A program made the translations under genes and the position numbers. From an uncultured bacterium (GTDB taxonomy: Bacteria > CSSED10-310 > CAZUFC01), in assembly GCA_964619725.1 (NCBI GenBank), contig CAZUFC010000105.1, positions 1-29,778 on the forward strand: a stretch of DNA of 29,778 nucleotides, given 5' to 3'. Below are positions 9,501 to 18,185 of the stretch, piece after piece. The stretch's first letter is position 1, and each line of letters starts with the position of its first letter. A model generated the notes under the pieces. That model did not search any database. It saw only the letters and a list, made by a program, of their open reading frames with translations, and was not told the DNA's origin.

Positions 9501-9823
9501 AGAAATGGCTGTTTTTCAAATTGCGGTCGGATACGATTAACGAATGTCGATAACTTGTGTACATCAAAGAGGCGTCAGAGTCCTATTGGGACTGACCAAA
9601 TGACGGTTACAATTTTTGCGTATCTGTTCTCTTCTTATCCGTGATGATACGTGTTGTCCGCTGTTGCCGGAGACCCAGGAATCGTTTCCGCGAACCTGTT
9701 GTATAGTGAAGTTATTTTTGGATGAAGCCTAAGGACGAGAGCGTCGGAATGGTCGGGCAGGAAATGCTGACGCCCCACTGTATTTCCGAATAGAAATCAC
9801 CTTAAACCTGTCTTGATTGCACT

Positions 9824-11413
9824 TTAGCGGAAAAGTTCTCGCCGGCGGAACGTTGTATGCAGCAGAAATCCGCCAAAGCAGATCAGCAGAAAAACAATTC
9901 CGCAGGTATCGGAAGACGGTATCGGCGCCGTCGTCGGCGTCACGGTTACTGTGGGCGTCAACGACGGCGACGGCGTATCTGTCGGTGTAAATGTCGGTGT
10001 TTCGGTGGGCGTCAGTGTGGGTGTATTCGTCGGTGTGCTTGTAGGATAGAAGCTGCATGCTATGGCTTGACCGGGCTCATAAGAATTGTTGAATACCGGG
10101 TCGGCAGTGACGGAGAAACTGACGGCGGATGATGCTGTTTCCGGGGCGGCATACCAGAAGGAAGGATATGAAATCGCCGGCGAGCAAACATTTACGTACG
10201 GGCAACCGGAAATATCGCCGGAAGCATCCGTTTGCATCAGAAAAGCATCATTGCTGCCGAAACCGAATGAATCAGTCGTTCCCGCGATTACTATGGCATC
10301 ATCCGGTCGCACGGTCAGTCCGTTGGGATATTCGTTTCCCCCGCCGCCGCAGGTTCTGGCCCATATGAAGTTACCGGCGCCATCGAGTTTCACGGTCATT
10401 ATATCGGCATTTCCCATACCATAACTGAAGGTTGTCCCCGTCGCAACTACACCGGAATCCGATGTGACGTCCAGGCTGTACAATGACTCTCCGGAAGAAC
10501 CGCTTACAAGGCGTGACCATAACAGATTGCCGGCCGGATCGATTTTACAGATCATATACGCACCATAGGTAAATCCCAGGGACTTCGTGGTGCCGCCGAC
10601 ATAGAAAGAACCATCCGGGGCTTCAGCGACTGATCGTCCATAATCGTCGGCAGCGCCGTCCACAACCCGTGACCATGTGATATTCCCGGAGTCGTCGACT
10701 TTGATGATCAACATGGCCAGGTTACCATAAGACTGCCCGAACGACCGGCTTTGACCGGTCACCAGGCATCCGCCGTCGCTGACGGCCGTAGCCGTGCAAC
10801 CAAATTCCATGTTCGTTCCGCCGTATGTTCGTGTCCAGAGCGGCGTACCCTCGGAGTCGCATTTCATTAATAAAAAATCAGAACTGCCTGCACCATAAGC
10901 GGTAGTGACGGCGCAGATGATCAATCCCCCGTCAACCGTCTCCTCCACTGAATACACCCGTTCGCCGGTCGTTCCGCCATACCTTTTATACCACAGCAGC
11001 GTACCGTTATCATCGATCTTGTACAGCGACATACTCTGGTATGTTGAAAACGATTGACTGGTTCCGGAACAGACGAATGCACTGTCGGAAGTAACTGTAA
11101 TATATTCCGAGTAATCGTTGTTGGCGCCTCCAAGCAGCCGACCCCAGACGATCTTTCCCTGATCATCATGACGAACAAGAAAATAATCCATGTATGATCC
11201 GGACTGGTACAGTCCTGTTGAAATACAACCGCCGTCTCCGGTTATACAGGAACGGTAAAAAATTTCATAGGATGACGATCCATATATGCCGAACCAGGCG
11301 TTACCCGCATGGCAAACAGTGCTTAAAAAAGGCAGTAAGACCAGAACAAAAGAGATGGCTGGGATCAGAAAGATAATCGTTCGTATTCGCAGAGACCATT
11401 TAACTATCTGCAT
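9824..11413 (-). CDS. Secreted seven-repeat beta-propeller surface protein with Thr/Pro linker and IPTL-CTERM-like tail
   Basis: RBS GAGGAG and a signal peptide ending VCHA. Seven repeats of about 52 aa follow the pattern W.R..GG...(D/E)...V..T.DGG....G.T.S.G....D....K.D..G. A TPT linker leads to PIPSSDTCG, a TM helix and RRRELFR. Confidence 0.88.
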   Translation of the reverse strand: MQIVKWSLRIRTIIFLIPAISFVLVLLPFLSTVCHAGNAWFGIYGSSSYEIFYRSCITGDGGCISTGLYQSGSYMDYFLVRHDDQGKIVWGRLLGGANNDYSEYITVTSDSAFVCSGTSQSFSTYQSMSLYKIDDNGTLLWYKRYGGTTGERVYSVEETVDGGLIICAVTTAYGAGSSDFLLMKCDSEGTPLWTRTYGGTNMEFGCTATAVSDGGCLVTGQSRSFGQSYGNLAMLIIKVDDSGNITWSRVVDGAADDYGRSVAEAPDGSFYVGGTTKSLGFTYGAYMICKIDPAGNLLWSRLVSGSSGESLYSLDVTSDSGVVATGTTFSYGMGNADIMTVKLDGAGNFIWARTCGGGGNEYPNGLTVRPDDAIVIAGTTDSFGFGSNDAFLMQTDASGDISGCPYVNVCSPAISYPSFWYAAPETASSAVSFSVTADPVFNNSYEPGQAIACSFYPTSTPTNTPTLTPTETPTFTPTDTPSPSLTPTVTVTPTTAPIPSSDTCGIVFLLICFGGFLLHTTFRRRELFR

Positions 11414-11522
11414 AAAATTCTCCTCAGTGATGATAAATTCAATTTCATGCCCGACATACTCTCACTTTTTATTTGATGTCAAAAGAGTTAAAGAGTGGAT
11501 AAAATTCCTCTATCCTCGTCTA

Positions 11523-11584
11523 CAAGTGAAAAATTTTTCACTTGCCGACAAGGATAAATATAAGAAAAAAGAAAAACAAGTCAA
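11523..11584 (-). promoter_or_regulatory. Promoter plus perfect 22-bp palindromic operator
   Basis: TTGACT (11584-11579), 16-bp spacer, TATATT (11562-11557). CAAGTGAAAAATTTTTCACTTG at 11523-11544 is a perfect palindrome just downstream. Confidence 0.5.
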
Positions 11585-11702
11585 AGTGAGAGAATTAACG
11601 GAAAAACAACAATTTCACATCTCCTGACATTCGCCAATAAAAAATTGTGAAATTTTTGACGAAAAAGCTGTAGACGTTCGAATAAATTCTTGTAAAACAA
11701 AG

Positions 11703-11734
11703 TCCCCCCGCCTGTGGGGGGATATAGGGGGGGC
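11703..11734. repeat. GC-rich REP-like palindromic element
   Basis: TCCCCCCGCCTGTGGGGGGA hairpin followed by TATAGGGGGGGC. A split inverted relative lies at 21407-21420 plus 21643-21658. Confidence 0.6.
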
Positions 11735-11820
11735 TAAAAACTGTCTATGTCTATGCCGAAACTCAGTGTAAAAAAATCAATTGATTTCAATATGTTAGGT
11801 TGTCCTTATCAGGAGTTTTG

Positions 11821-11919
11821 AATTTAAAATTCATTTCGCACGGTATTCCGACAACGACAATGATTCATCAGCTAATATATTAAAAAGTAATTAAGTAGAG
11901 CTTATCCTAATTCGTATTC
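11821..11919. repeat. Dispersed repeat family 1 (MITE-like), inverted partial copy of 21421-21512
   Basis: Manual alignment gives 77 of 91 aligned positions identical to the reverse complement, with one 6-nt indel in the CGACAA hexamers. Confidence 0.85.
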
Positions 11920-11973
11920 CATTTCAGAAAGTTCCAATTTAATTTAACGGATTCCAACAACTGAAAGTATGTT

Positions 11974-14900
11974 CTACTCCCATCCGAACGTCCAGGAATC
12001 ATAAAGACCAATAATTTCATTCATTTCCTGATTCGTCATAGCGGACCAGAACACGATATCCTGTGCCGAACCGGCTCCTTCAGGCCAGATGAATTCCTCG
12101 ATTGCCAATAATTCAGAGGGTCCATGCGGAACGAACCGTGTGTAGCAGCCGGGAATTGAAGTCCATTCGGGTGCGAAGATCAGCAACCCATTCACATCCA
12201 GTATCAGGAAAAGGGGCGTCGTCATGAGGGCATCGCCGGGGTTGTAGATATGGATTTTCAGGTAACAGGAATCGCCGGCCTGGTACAAGTGAGACGGCAT
12301 TTCAATGGAGACGCCGAGTTGTTCTGTTACGGTGGGAGTAACGGTTATAAAAGGAGTCATATCGGGCGTTTCAGTCGGAAAGATTACTGTGCCTGTGCGG
12401 GTCGGCGGAGGCGTCTGGTAAGGAGTATTCGTGGGAGTGGCTGTGGGAGTGAAGGTCGGCGGCGTTGAGGATGTGGGCGTATATGTCGGCGGAATTACGG
12501 TCGGAGTTGACGTCGGCGTGTAGGTATGCCAGAAAGTCGGCGTTGATGTGGGACTGAAGGTCGGCGTTTTGGTGGGCGTATGCGTTGGAGGAGGCGGTGT
12601 TGGGGTGGCGGGCTCTTCGCACTGTCTTACGTATGAGACCATGACGTCGTCGATGTTCCATCCGCAGAACGTCCAGCCCTGGTCCGTATCGCCCATGACC
12701 CACCGGATATATACGCTGTTTTCGCCGTCCGCATATTCTGAAATGTCATATTCCGCCAGGGTCCAAACTTCATCGGAAAATTGAGTGGAAGGGTTCTCCC
12801 AGATATTGTTCCAGTTTGAACCGTCCGTGCTGACTCTTATGTAAGCGTGATCGTAAATGTTCCGTTCCACGCCGAGCCACCTCCAGAAGGAGAGCGTGAC
12901 GCCTTCGCAGCCCGTGCAATCGATGGCGGGCGTCGTCAGATACCTTTCAGGCATATAATTAGTGTAATCGCCGTTGAGATTGTATCCGTAGACGTTCGGG
13001 CCGGTGTAACCTGAACTGGGGTCGGGATTCCCGTGCTCGCCTCCGTTACCGTTGGGTTGGCCCCATTCCCATTGTCCGCCTGAAATGGACCATCCCGGAT
13101 TCGAAGACATATCTTCTGCCATCAATAGGACCCGCTCGTAGGTCGTCTGCAGATAGTTGTATCCTCCGTTGTCGTCCATCCCGGTATTGCCGGCTTCATC
13201 CGTCGATTCCACGTAAAAGACATAAGCCGTGCACTCTTCCAACCCCGTCAGTTCCACATAATGGTCCGTGGTCAATTCTGTTGCTTCGCTGGTCTGATCG
13301 GGCGTTCCTTCGCCGTAAACGACTCTGCTCGATGACTCTTCATCCGTCGTCCAGTGAATCGTCATACCGCTCTCCGTTATATCCGTCGCTGAAACCGATG
13401 AAATCGCCGGGGCAAGCGCATCGACCGGGACTGTCGCCGTCTTGGATATGTTGAAGCCGCCGTGTCCGTCGTCTTCATCAATATAGCACGCTATTACCGC
13501 ATCTGAATGAACTATTTCCAGTACCCCGTTACCGGTCACCGGCGAACCTTCAACCAGTCCGATGCCGCCTTCAAATATGCACGTCGAAAAACCCGTTTCC
13601 GTTAAAACGACCGTCTCTTCATCGCCCACGAACGTTGAAAACGTTATCTCAACCGTGTCAGGAGCCCCTCCGTTCTCATTCAAATCCAGGTCTCTCACCG
13701 TCGCCGTCGCCTCGCTTCCCGGCGCATACACCGGTTTGTCCAGCGCGATAGCCCCGTCGCTGGACATTACGGACGACATGCCTAAATTCGGATTCCCCCA
13801 GATGGTCCACTCCGCTATCTCGTATTTGTTGTAACTCCAGCCGCCGATCTGATACACCGTACTCAACCCGTGCTGCATGGCTGCTCCCTGCGAATAATCG
13901 CCCGAGGTCGTCGCCGTCGTAAAATAATAATCCAGAGATTGACTCGATCCGTCATTGGGATGATTCCATCCCGGACATCCCAGCGCCACCTTGGTCGCTC
14001 CCACGAAACCGACCGCTCCATTCTTCAGCATCCGCGCTCCTATGTTCGTATAATCCGTGTCGGAATTGCTGCATGCATCGGCAAATATTATTGCAGGATA
14101 GTCGTCATTCAGATTGGGACAATCCGTGGACTCAATAAACGCAGGCTGGCCCAGACCAAGAATATAGCATCCGTGGTAAGAACCATGCCCGGCCCAGTTT
14201 ACGAACGCATAAGTATTATACGGCCAGTTCGCCATCACGTTGCTGTGAACAAGCTCATAATCGCAGGGATAGGACGAATAATAACTCCCATTCTTTTCAT
14301 ACATCCTCGTAAAGGTCCAATCGGACATCCACGGTTGATCTATCTTCTCCTCCATCAAAACCGCATTGTCCGTGTCAGCCCAGAAATAAGCTCCCAACAG
14401 CAGCATGTTCTTCTTAAAAGAGGGATCATCGTTCATCTCGTAATCGACCGATTTCTCACAGATACTCTGGATAGTACCGAAGTCGCTCCAGGGTATCCGT
14501 CCCACGTTGACTTCCGCATAAAAATCGAAATCGTCGTTGTTCTCCCCGTAACGGCCGTCGCCGTCCTCATCCCAGGACTGATTATCAGGATATGACAACT
14601 CCGCAAAATAAAAATCCGTCAGCGGCTCGCCATATCCCAAATCCTGCCACACTTCCCTCATCGGAACATCCGAATGATGCCCTACTAAAAAGACATCCTC
14701 TATTCCCCATTCCGATCCGGGATACTTGTCTCGTAAAAAATTCCGCATTTTCTGAGCCGTATCAACGCCGGAATAATTGGAATTGATCCAGGAAATCGTC
14801 ACCACTTCCACATTGCGGCCCTTGATCGTCTCCCAGTTAACCAGAGACGAAACCGCAGAGACGTATGATGAAGTCGTTATGATGACATAATCATGCAGAC

Positions 14901-15588
14901 CGCGGCCTGACGGCGTATCGGGATACCATTCCTGCGCCTGCTCATAATTCAGTATCAGTTCCCTGGCGCGCTTCTCCATACGAGGCTGATTGTCGATCAT
15001 CACCGCAGAGTCATCCAAAACTTCAGACATGGAATAGTATATCTCAACAGTCAGGGCTGAATGGTGGAGAAGCTTTTTAGTCTGCGGATTATACTGAATT
15101 GGAGTTATCCTCACATCAACCAGGTTATATTTTCGAAACCGGGCTGTTCTGACAAATTCGCCGATTGATGCAGGAAAGTAAGCCGACGACCCGTAAACAG
15201 ACTCCTTCATACTCCTGTATTCTTCAACCGATCCACCATACTCGATCGAATCCTCTTTACCGATAAACCGGGACAACTCACGGGGTCCTATTTCAAAATC
15301 GCCTTCTATGACTGTCTGCTCGCCGGACAATATCGTGAGCGATTCGTATCGCGCTCCCGGAGGCAACGCTATCGCGTAAATACGAGAAGGCAGGGCCGGC
15401 GCTCCTGGAAGCGGATAAAGCCCGTATTCCTCCATCGTTAATTTATGATTTCCGTTCCGAACCGTTATATCATAATCATTACCCGGCAGCTCGACTTGAA
15501 GCCTGGCGGCATGAGAGGGTCCCGCCGTAAAAATGACCAGTAACGTTATACTTACTGAAAAAAGCAACATTCGAAATTTTGTTTCCAT
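11974..15588 (-). CDS. Secreted C25 (gingipain-like) cysteine peptidase with Ig-like, FN3-like and jelly-roll domains, Thr/Pro linker and FGW-type C-terminal domain
   Basis: Start at ATG 15588 (METKFR.., RBS AAGGA, signal peptide ending PSHA). Motifs include PGAPALP propeptide, YVIIT, TDFYFA, VGRIP, catalytic His (NWAGHGS), Cys (FADACSN) and WGNP. Downstream are WTTDE..S.V.YG (FN3-like) and LTTPAID..LSFWRW..GWNIDDV (jelly-roll). Confidence 0.9.
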   Translation of the reverse strand: METKFRMLLFSVSITLLVIFTAGPSHAARLQVELPGNDYDITVRNGNHKLTMEEYGLYPLPGAPALPSRIYAIALPPGARYESLTILSGEQTVIEGDFEIGPRELSRFIGKEDSIEYGGSVEEYRSMKESVYGSSAYFPASIGEFVRTARFRKYNLVDVRITPIQYNPQTKKLLHHSALTVEIYYSMSEVLDDSAVMIDNQPRMEKRARELILNYEQAQEWYPDTPSGRGLHDYVIITTSSYVSAVSSLVNWETIKGRNVEVVTISWINSNYSGVDTAQKMRNFLRDKYPGSEWGIEDVFLVGHHSDVPMREVWQDLGYGEPLTDFYFAELSYPDNQSWDEDGDGRYGENNDDFDFYAEVNVGRIPWSDFGTIQSICEKSVDYEMNDDPSFKKNMLLLGAYFWADTDNAVLMEEKIDQPWMSDWTFTRMYEKNGSYYSSYPCDYELVHSNVMANWPYNTYAFVNWAGHGSYHGCYILGLGQPAFIESTDCPNLNDDYPAIIFADACSNSDTDYTNIGARMLKNGAVGFVGATKVALGCPGWNHPNDGSSQSLDYYFTTATTSGDYSQGAAMQHGLSTVYQIGGWSYNKYEIAEWTIWGNPNLGMSSVMSSDGAIALDKPVYAPGSEATATVRDLDLNENGGAPDTVEITFSTFVGDEETVVLTETGFSTCIFEGGIGLVEGSPVTGNGVLEIVHSDAVIACYIDEDDGHGGFNISKTATVPVDALAPAISSVSATDITESGMTIHWTTDEESSSRVVYGEGTPDQTSEATELTTDHYVELTGLEECTAYVFYVESTDEAGNTGMDDNGGYNYLQTTYERVLLMAEDMSSNPGWSISGGQWEWGQPNGNGGEHGNPDPSSGYTGPNVYGYNLNGDYTNYMPERYLTTPAIDCTGCEGVTLSFWRWLGVERNIYDHAYIRVSTDGSNWNNIWENPSTQFSDEVWTLAEYDISEYADGENSVYIRWVMGDTDQGWTFCGWNIDDVMVSYVRQCEEPATPTPPPPTHTPTKTPTFSPTSTPTFWHTYTPTSTPTVIPPTYTPTSSTPPTFTPTATPTNTPYQTPPPTRTGTVIFPTETPDMTPFITVTPTVTEQLGVSIEMPSHLYQAGDSCYLKIHIYNPGDALMTTPLFLILDVNGLLIFAPEWTSIPGCYTRFVPHGPSELLAIEEFIWPEGAGSAQDIVFWSAMTNQEMNEIIGLYDSWTFGWE

Positions 15589-15801
15589 TTTTTTGTCCTT
15601 TGCATTAAAAAAAATCAACACCCATGGACGTTTTCTTAAAAATCTTCTCTTCTGAATACCGTGAAAAAACTGTTCTCCAGGCAGAGTCATTACACCCCGA
15701 AATCTTTACATTTTTTCTTTTCGCAAATTCATTTCCCTACCGTCTCGATCAAGTCGTTAAACTTGAGTCACCTCTGACTATATTCATTCGAAAATTTAAA
15801 A

Positions 15802-16740
15802 TCAAGTTTCCTTCATTATCTCGTCAATCGAACGGTATTCCGATTCCTGCTGCGTCCAGTAATCCCGGATGGGACCGTCGACGGGAATGATGAAGGCTTC
15901 ATTATATCGATTGTCCGGAGACTGAAACCTCAGCATCATATCTCCCCCGTTGAAAGCCCAGTGACGACCGTCGGGATAAATATGCTGTATTTTGACGCCT
16001 TGTCGGGTTTTAATGTGGTGTTGATCGTACGGTTTGTCCCAGGAATTGTCGATGATGAACTGTATCCACTGCACGTAATTCCCGGAAGGTAGTATGCCCT
16101 GGTTGAGCGCCAGTCCGGAATCGTTGGGCAGCCCGAATACCTGACAGAACCCGAACTTGCGAGCGGCCTGCATGAGCGAACCCTCCCGGCCGTGCTCGAA
16201 ATGCGAAAATGCGATTATATTTCGACAAAGCCCGAAGCCGAAATGATCGGGGACCTCGAAGTCTATTCCAGAAGACAGAAACTGGCATAACTGATCGACT
16301 CCCGCCGAGAATCCTACGTTTAACAACCCCTTCTCCTGTCGATTGTGCAGCGCATTTTCAAACCAGTCCCTGTCATTGTAGAACCAGCTTCCCAAATCCT
16401 TGTAACGCCTTAATCCAGTCGTAGGATTGCCGCCTCCCAGCATCACCACCTCGCAGCAATCAAGCGAATGAGACAGAAGATCGACATCCTCCTTCCGCAA
16501 GGAACTGTTCCAATAAAACGGATAGGCATTCAATCCGTACTGCTTATAACAGTCGAAAAACCAGGCGAAATTACTCCAACTGTAAACCTGCTTCTGATAC
16601 TCGTCCCCATCGACTTCCCCTTCGGAAAGAGTCAGGAAAAGTATCTGCCCGTCGCCTTTCAGCGCCCTCTGTACGATCCAGTCATTATGAATGTAATTGC
16701 ATCGATTATGAGAACTGTATATTAACGCCGTTGGTTCCAT
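15802..16740 (-). CDS. Peptidase S51 family (cyanophycinase/dipeptidase E-like, class I glutamine amidotransferase fold)
   Basis: VVMLGGGN, nucleophile elbow GFSAG (Ser145) and FSHF (His180). RBS AAGGAGG. Confidence 0.8.
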   Translation of the reverse strand: MEPTALIYSSHNRCNYIHNDWIVQRALKGDGQILFLTLSEGEVDGDEYQKQVYSWSNFAWFFDCYKQYGLNAYPFYWNSSLRKEDVDLLSHSLDCCEVVMLGGGNPTTGLRRYKDLGSWFYNDRDWFENALHNRQEKGLLNVGFSAGVDQLCQFLSSGIDFEVPDHFGFGLCRNIIAFSHFEHGREGSLMQAARKFGFCQVFGLPNDSGLALNQGILPSGNYVQWIQFIIDNSWDKPYDQHHIKTRQGVKIQHIYPDGRHWAFNGGDMMLRFQSPDNRYNEAFIIPVDGPIRDYWTQQESEYRSIDEIMKET

Positions 16741-16796
16741 AACGAATTCCTCCTTCGTTTGCCTGTCCGAAACCCCGCCTGCTCCTTCTACTCATT

Positions 16797-16857
16797 AATT
16801 TAAGAATTTACAAGAAAAAAGCAATCTCTTGACTGAAGCTTCAGAGAGCGTTAAATT
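16797..16857. promoter_or_regulatory. Back-to-back divergent promoters with a central 12-bp palindrome
   Basis: Plus strand: TTGACT (16829-34), 17 bp, TAAATT (16852-57). Minus strand: TTGCTT (16824-19), 16 bp, TAAATT (16802-797). The palindrome CTGAAGCTTCAG spans 16833-16844. Confidence 0.5.
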
Positions 16858-16904
16858 GAGTGATTCGATTTGGGAGTTATGTTTTTGAAAGGCGAGAATG
16901 AGAT

Positions 16905-18110
16905 ATGAAAGAGCTATACGAAAAATTGAAACAAGAGGGGGAGGCATATTTACAGGAATTAACGGCCGAGGAATCCAGCCCGGTGATCAGGGGGAGGGAA
17001 GCGCTGTTTATATATCACGAGGAGGGAACGGGGAGACGGATAAAAAGCGTCAGGCTGGTGCATCATGTGGTGAGTCTGGACCGGGTGGTCGAATTTGAGC
17101 GTATCGGGGGCGGCAATTTATTCGTTTTACACATGATTCTGCCCGAAAAAACCCGCCTGGAATACACTTTCGGCATAGTATACGACAACGGACAATCGGA
17201 AATTAAAACGGACCCCTTCAACAAGGAACTGGCATGGTGTCCGTTCGGACCCACAAGCGTAGTGACGACCAGTCAATACCGGAGACCGACATGGAGCCTT
17301 CACCGTTCGAACGTGCCGCGAGGAAAAATCGAAAATCATGCTTTACGGTCGCAGGCGTCAGGAGATACAAGATATTTCGGGGTTTATCTTCCGCACAGCA
17401 TGGATGCTTACTCCAGGCATCCGCTTTTGATCGTTCACGACGGGCCTGATTATTTGAATTATTCCTCCTTCAAGGATATCCTGGACAATCTGATTGCAGA
17501 AGGCACAATCGAACCGCTGATTGCTGTTCTCTCCAAACCGACGAACAGAAACTATGAATACAGTTGCACCCCGGAACATTCTGTTTTCATAGCGCAAGAA
17601 CTGTTGCCCTGGATGAAAAAGAACTATCCCGTTCATGAATCACGCATGAAAACAGGCTTGATGGGCGCATCCTTCGGCGCCGTCGCTTCTGTTTATACGG
17701 GTTACAAGTTTGCCGAAAAATTCGGGCTTCTGCTTCTGCAATCCGGCTCCTTCCGGTTTCAATACGTAGTCAGGACCATGGGACTTGCCGGGCCCGTGGA
17801 TGAATTTGATCGCATTACCGTTTTTCTGGAAAATGAATTCTTCCCCGAAGGTCCCTCGCAAAAAATGAGAATATTCCTCTCCTGCGGCACATTCGAACCC
17901 TTGCTGTCATATAATCGACGATTCGCTGCTGAAATGGAAAAATTAAAACATCAGATCATTTACAAGGAAAGCAACGACGGTCATAACTGGGGCTCCTGGC
18001 GCGATCAGCTCGGTTACGGTCTTATGCACCTGTTTCCGCCGGAAAAGAAGACGCTCCAGCCGGCGAAAAGTAAAGCCCGGAAGTCGCCCTTTGAACCGCT
18101 TTACCTCTGA
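16905..18110 (+). CDS. Enterochelin-esterase (Fes)-like alpha/beta hydrolase with N-terminal Ig/CBM48-like domain
   Basis: RLEYTF..DPFN N-domain, VYLP, PLLIVHDG, nucleophile GASFG, LLQSGSF, CGTFE and DGHNW..WR. Confidence 0.88.
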   Translation: MKELYEKLKQEGEAYLQELTAEESSPVIRGREALFIYHEEGTGRRIKSVRLVHHVVSLDRVVEFERIGGGNLFVLHMILPEKTRLEYTFGIVYDNGQSEIKTDPFNKELAWCPFGPTSVVTTSQYRRPTWSLHRSNVPRGKIENHALRSQASGDTRYFGVYLPHSMDAYSRHPLLIVHDGPDYLNYSSFKDILDNLIAEGTIEPLIAVLSKPTNRNYEYSCTPEHSVFIAQELLPWMKKNYPVHESRMKTGLMGASFGAVASVYTGYKFAEKFGLLLLQSGSFRFQYVVRTMGLAGPVDEFDRITVFLENEFFPEGPSQKMRIFLSCGTFEPLLSYNRRFAAEMEKLKHQIIYKESNDGHNWGSWRDQLGYGLMHLFPPEKKTLQPAKSKARKSPFEPLYL

Positions 18111-18185
18111 AAGGAAAAAATAAGCAGCATAAATTTATAAACTTCAAATAATCAAAGGCTGTCCCGTAAACAAGGAGGAAATTTT

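Noticed and set aside
12330-12610. Repetitive DNA in Thr/Pro linkers (also 1-100 and 9926-10045) as a tandem repeat or CRISPR array
   Set aside because: These are degenerate codons for TP repeats, with no constant repeat-spacer structure.
13870-14595. Long antisense ORFs (13870-14595, 18342-18752, 20077-20598, 22239-23252, 24852-25223 and others)
   Set aside because: These are shadows of well-supported genes on the opposite strand, explained by codon bias.
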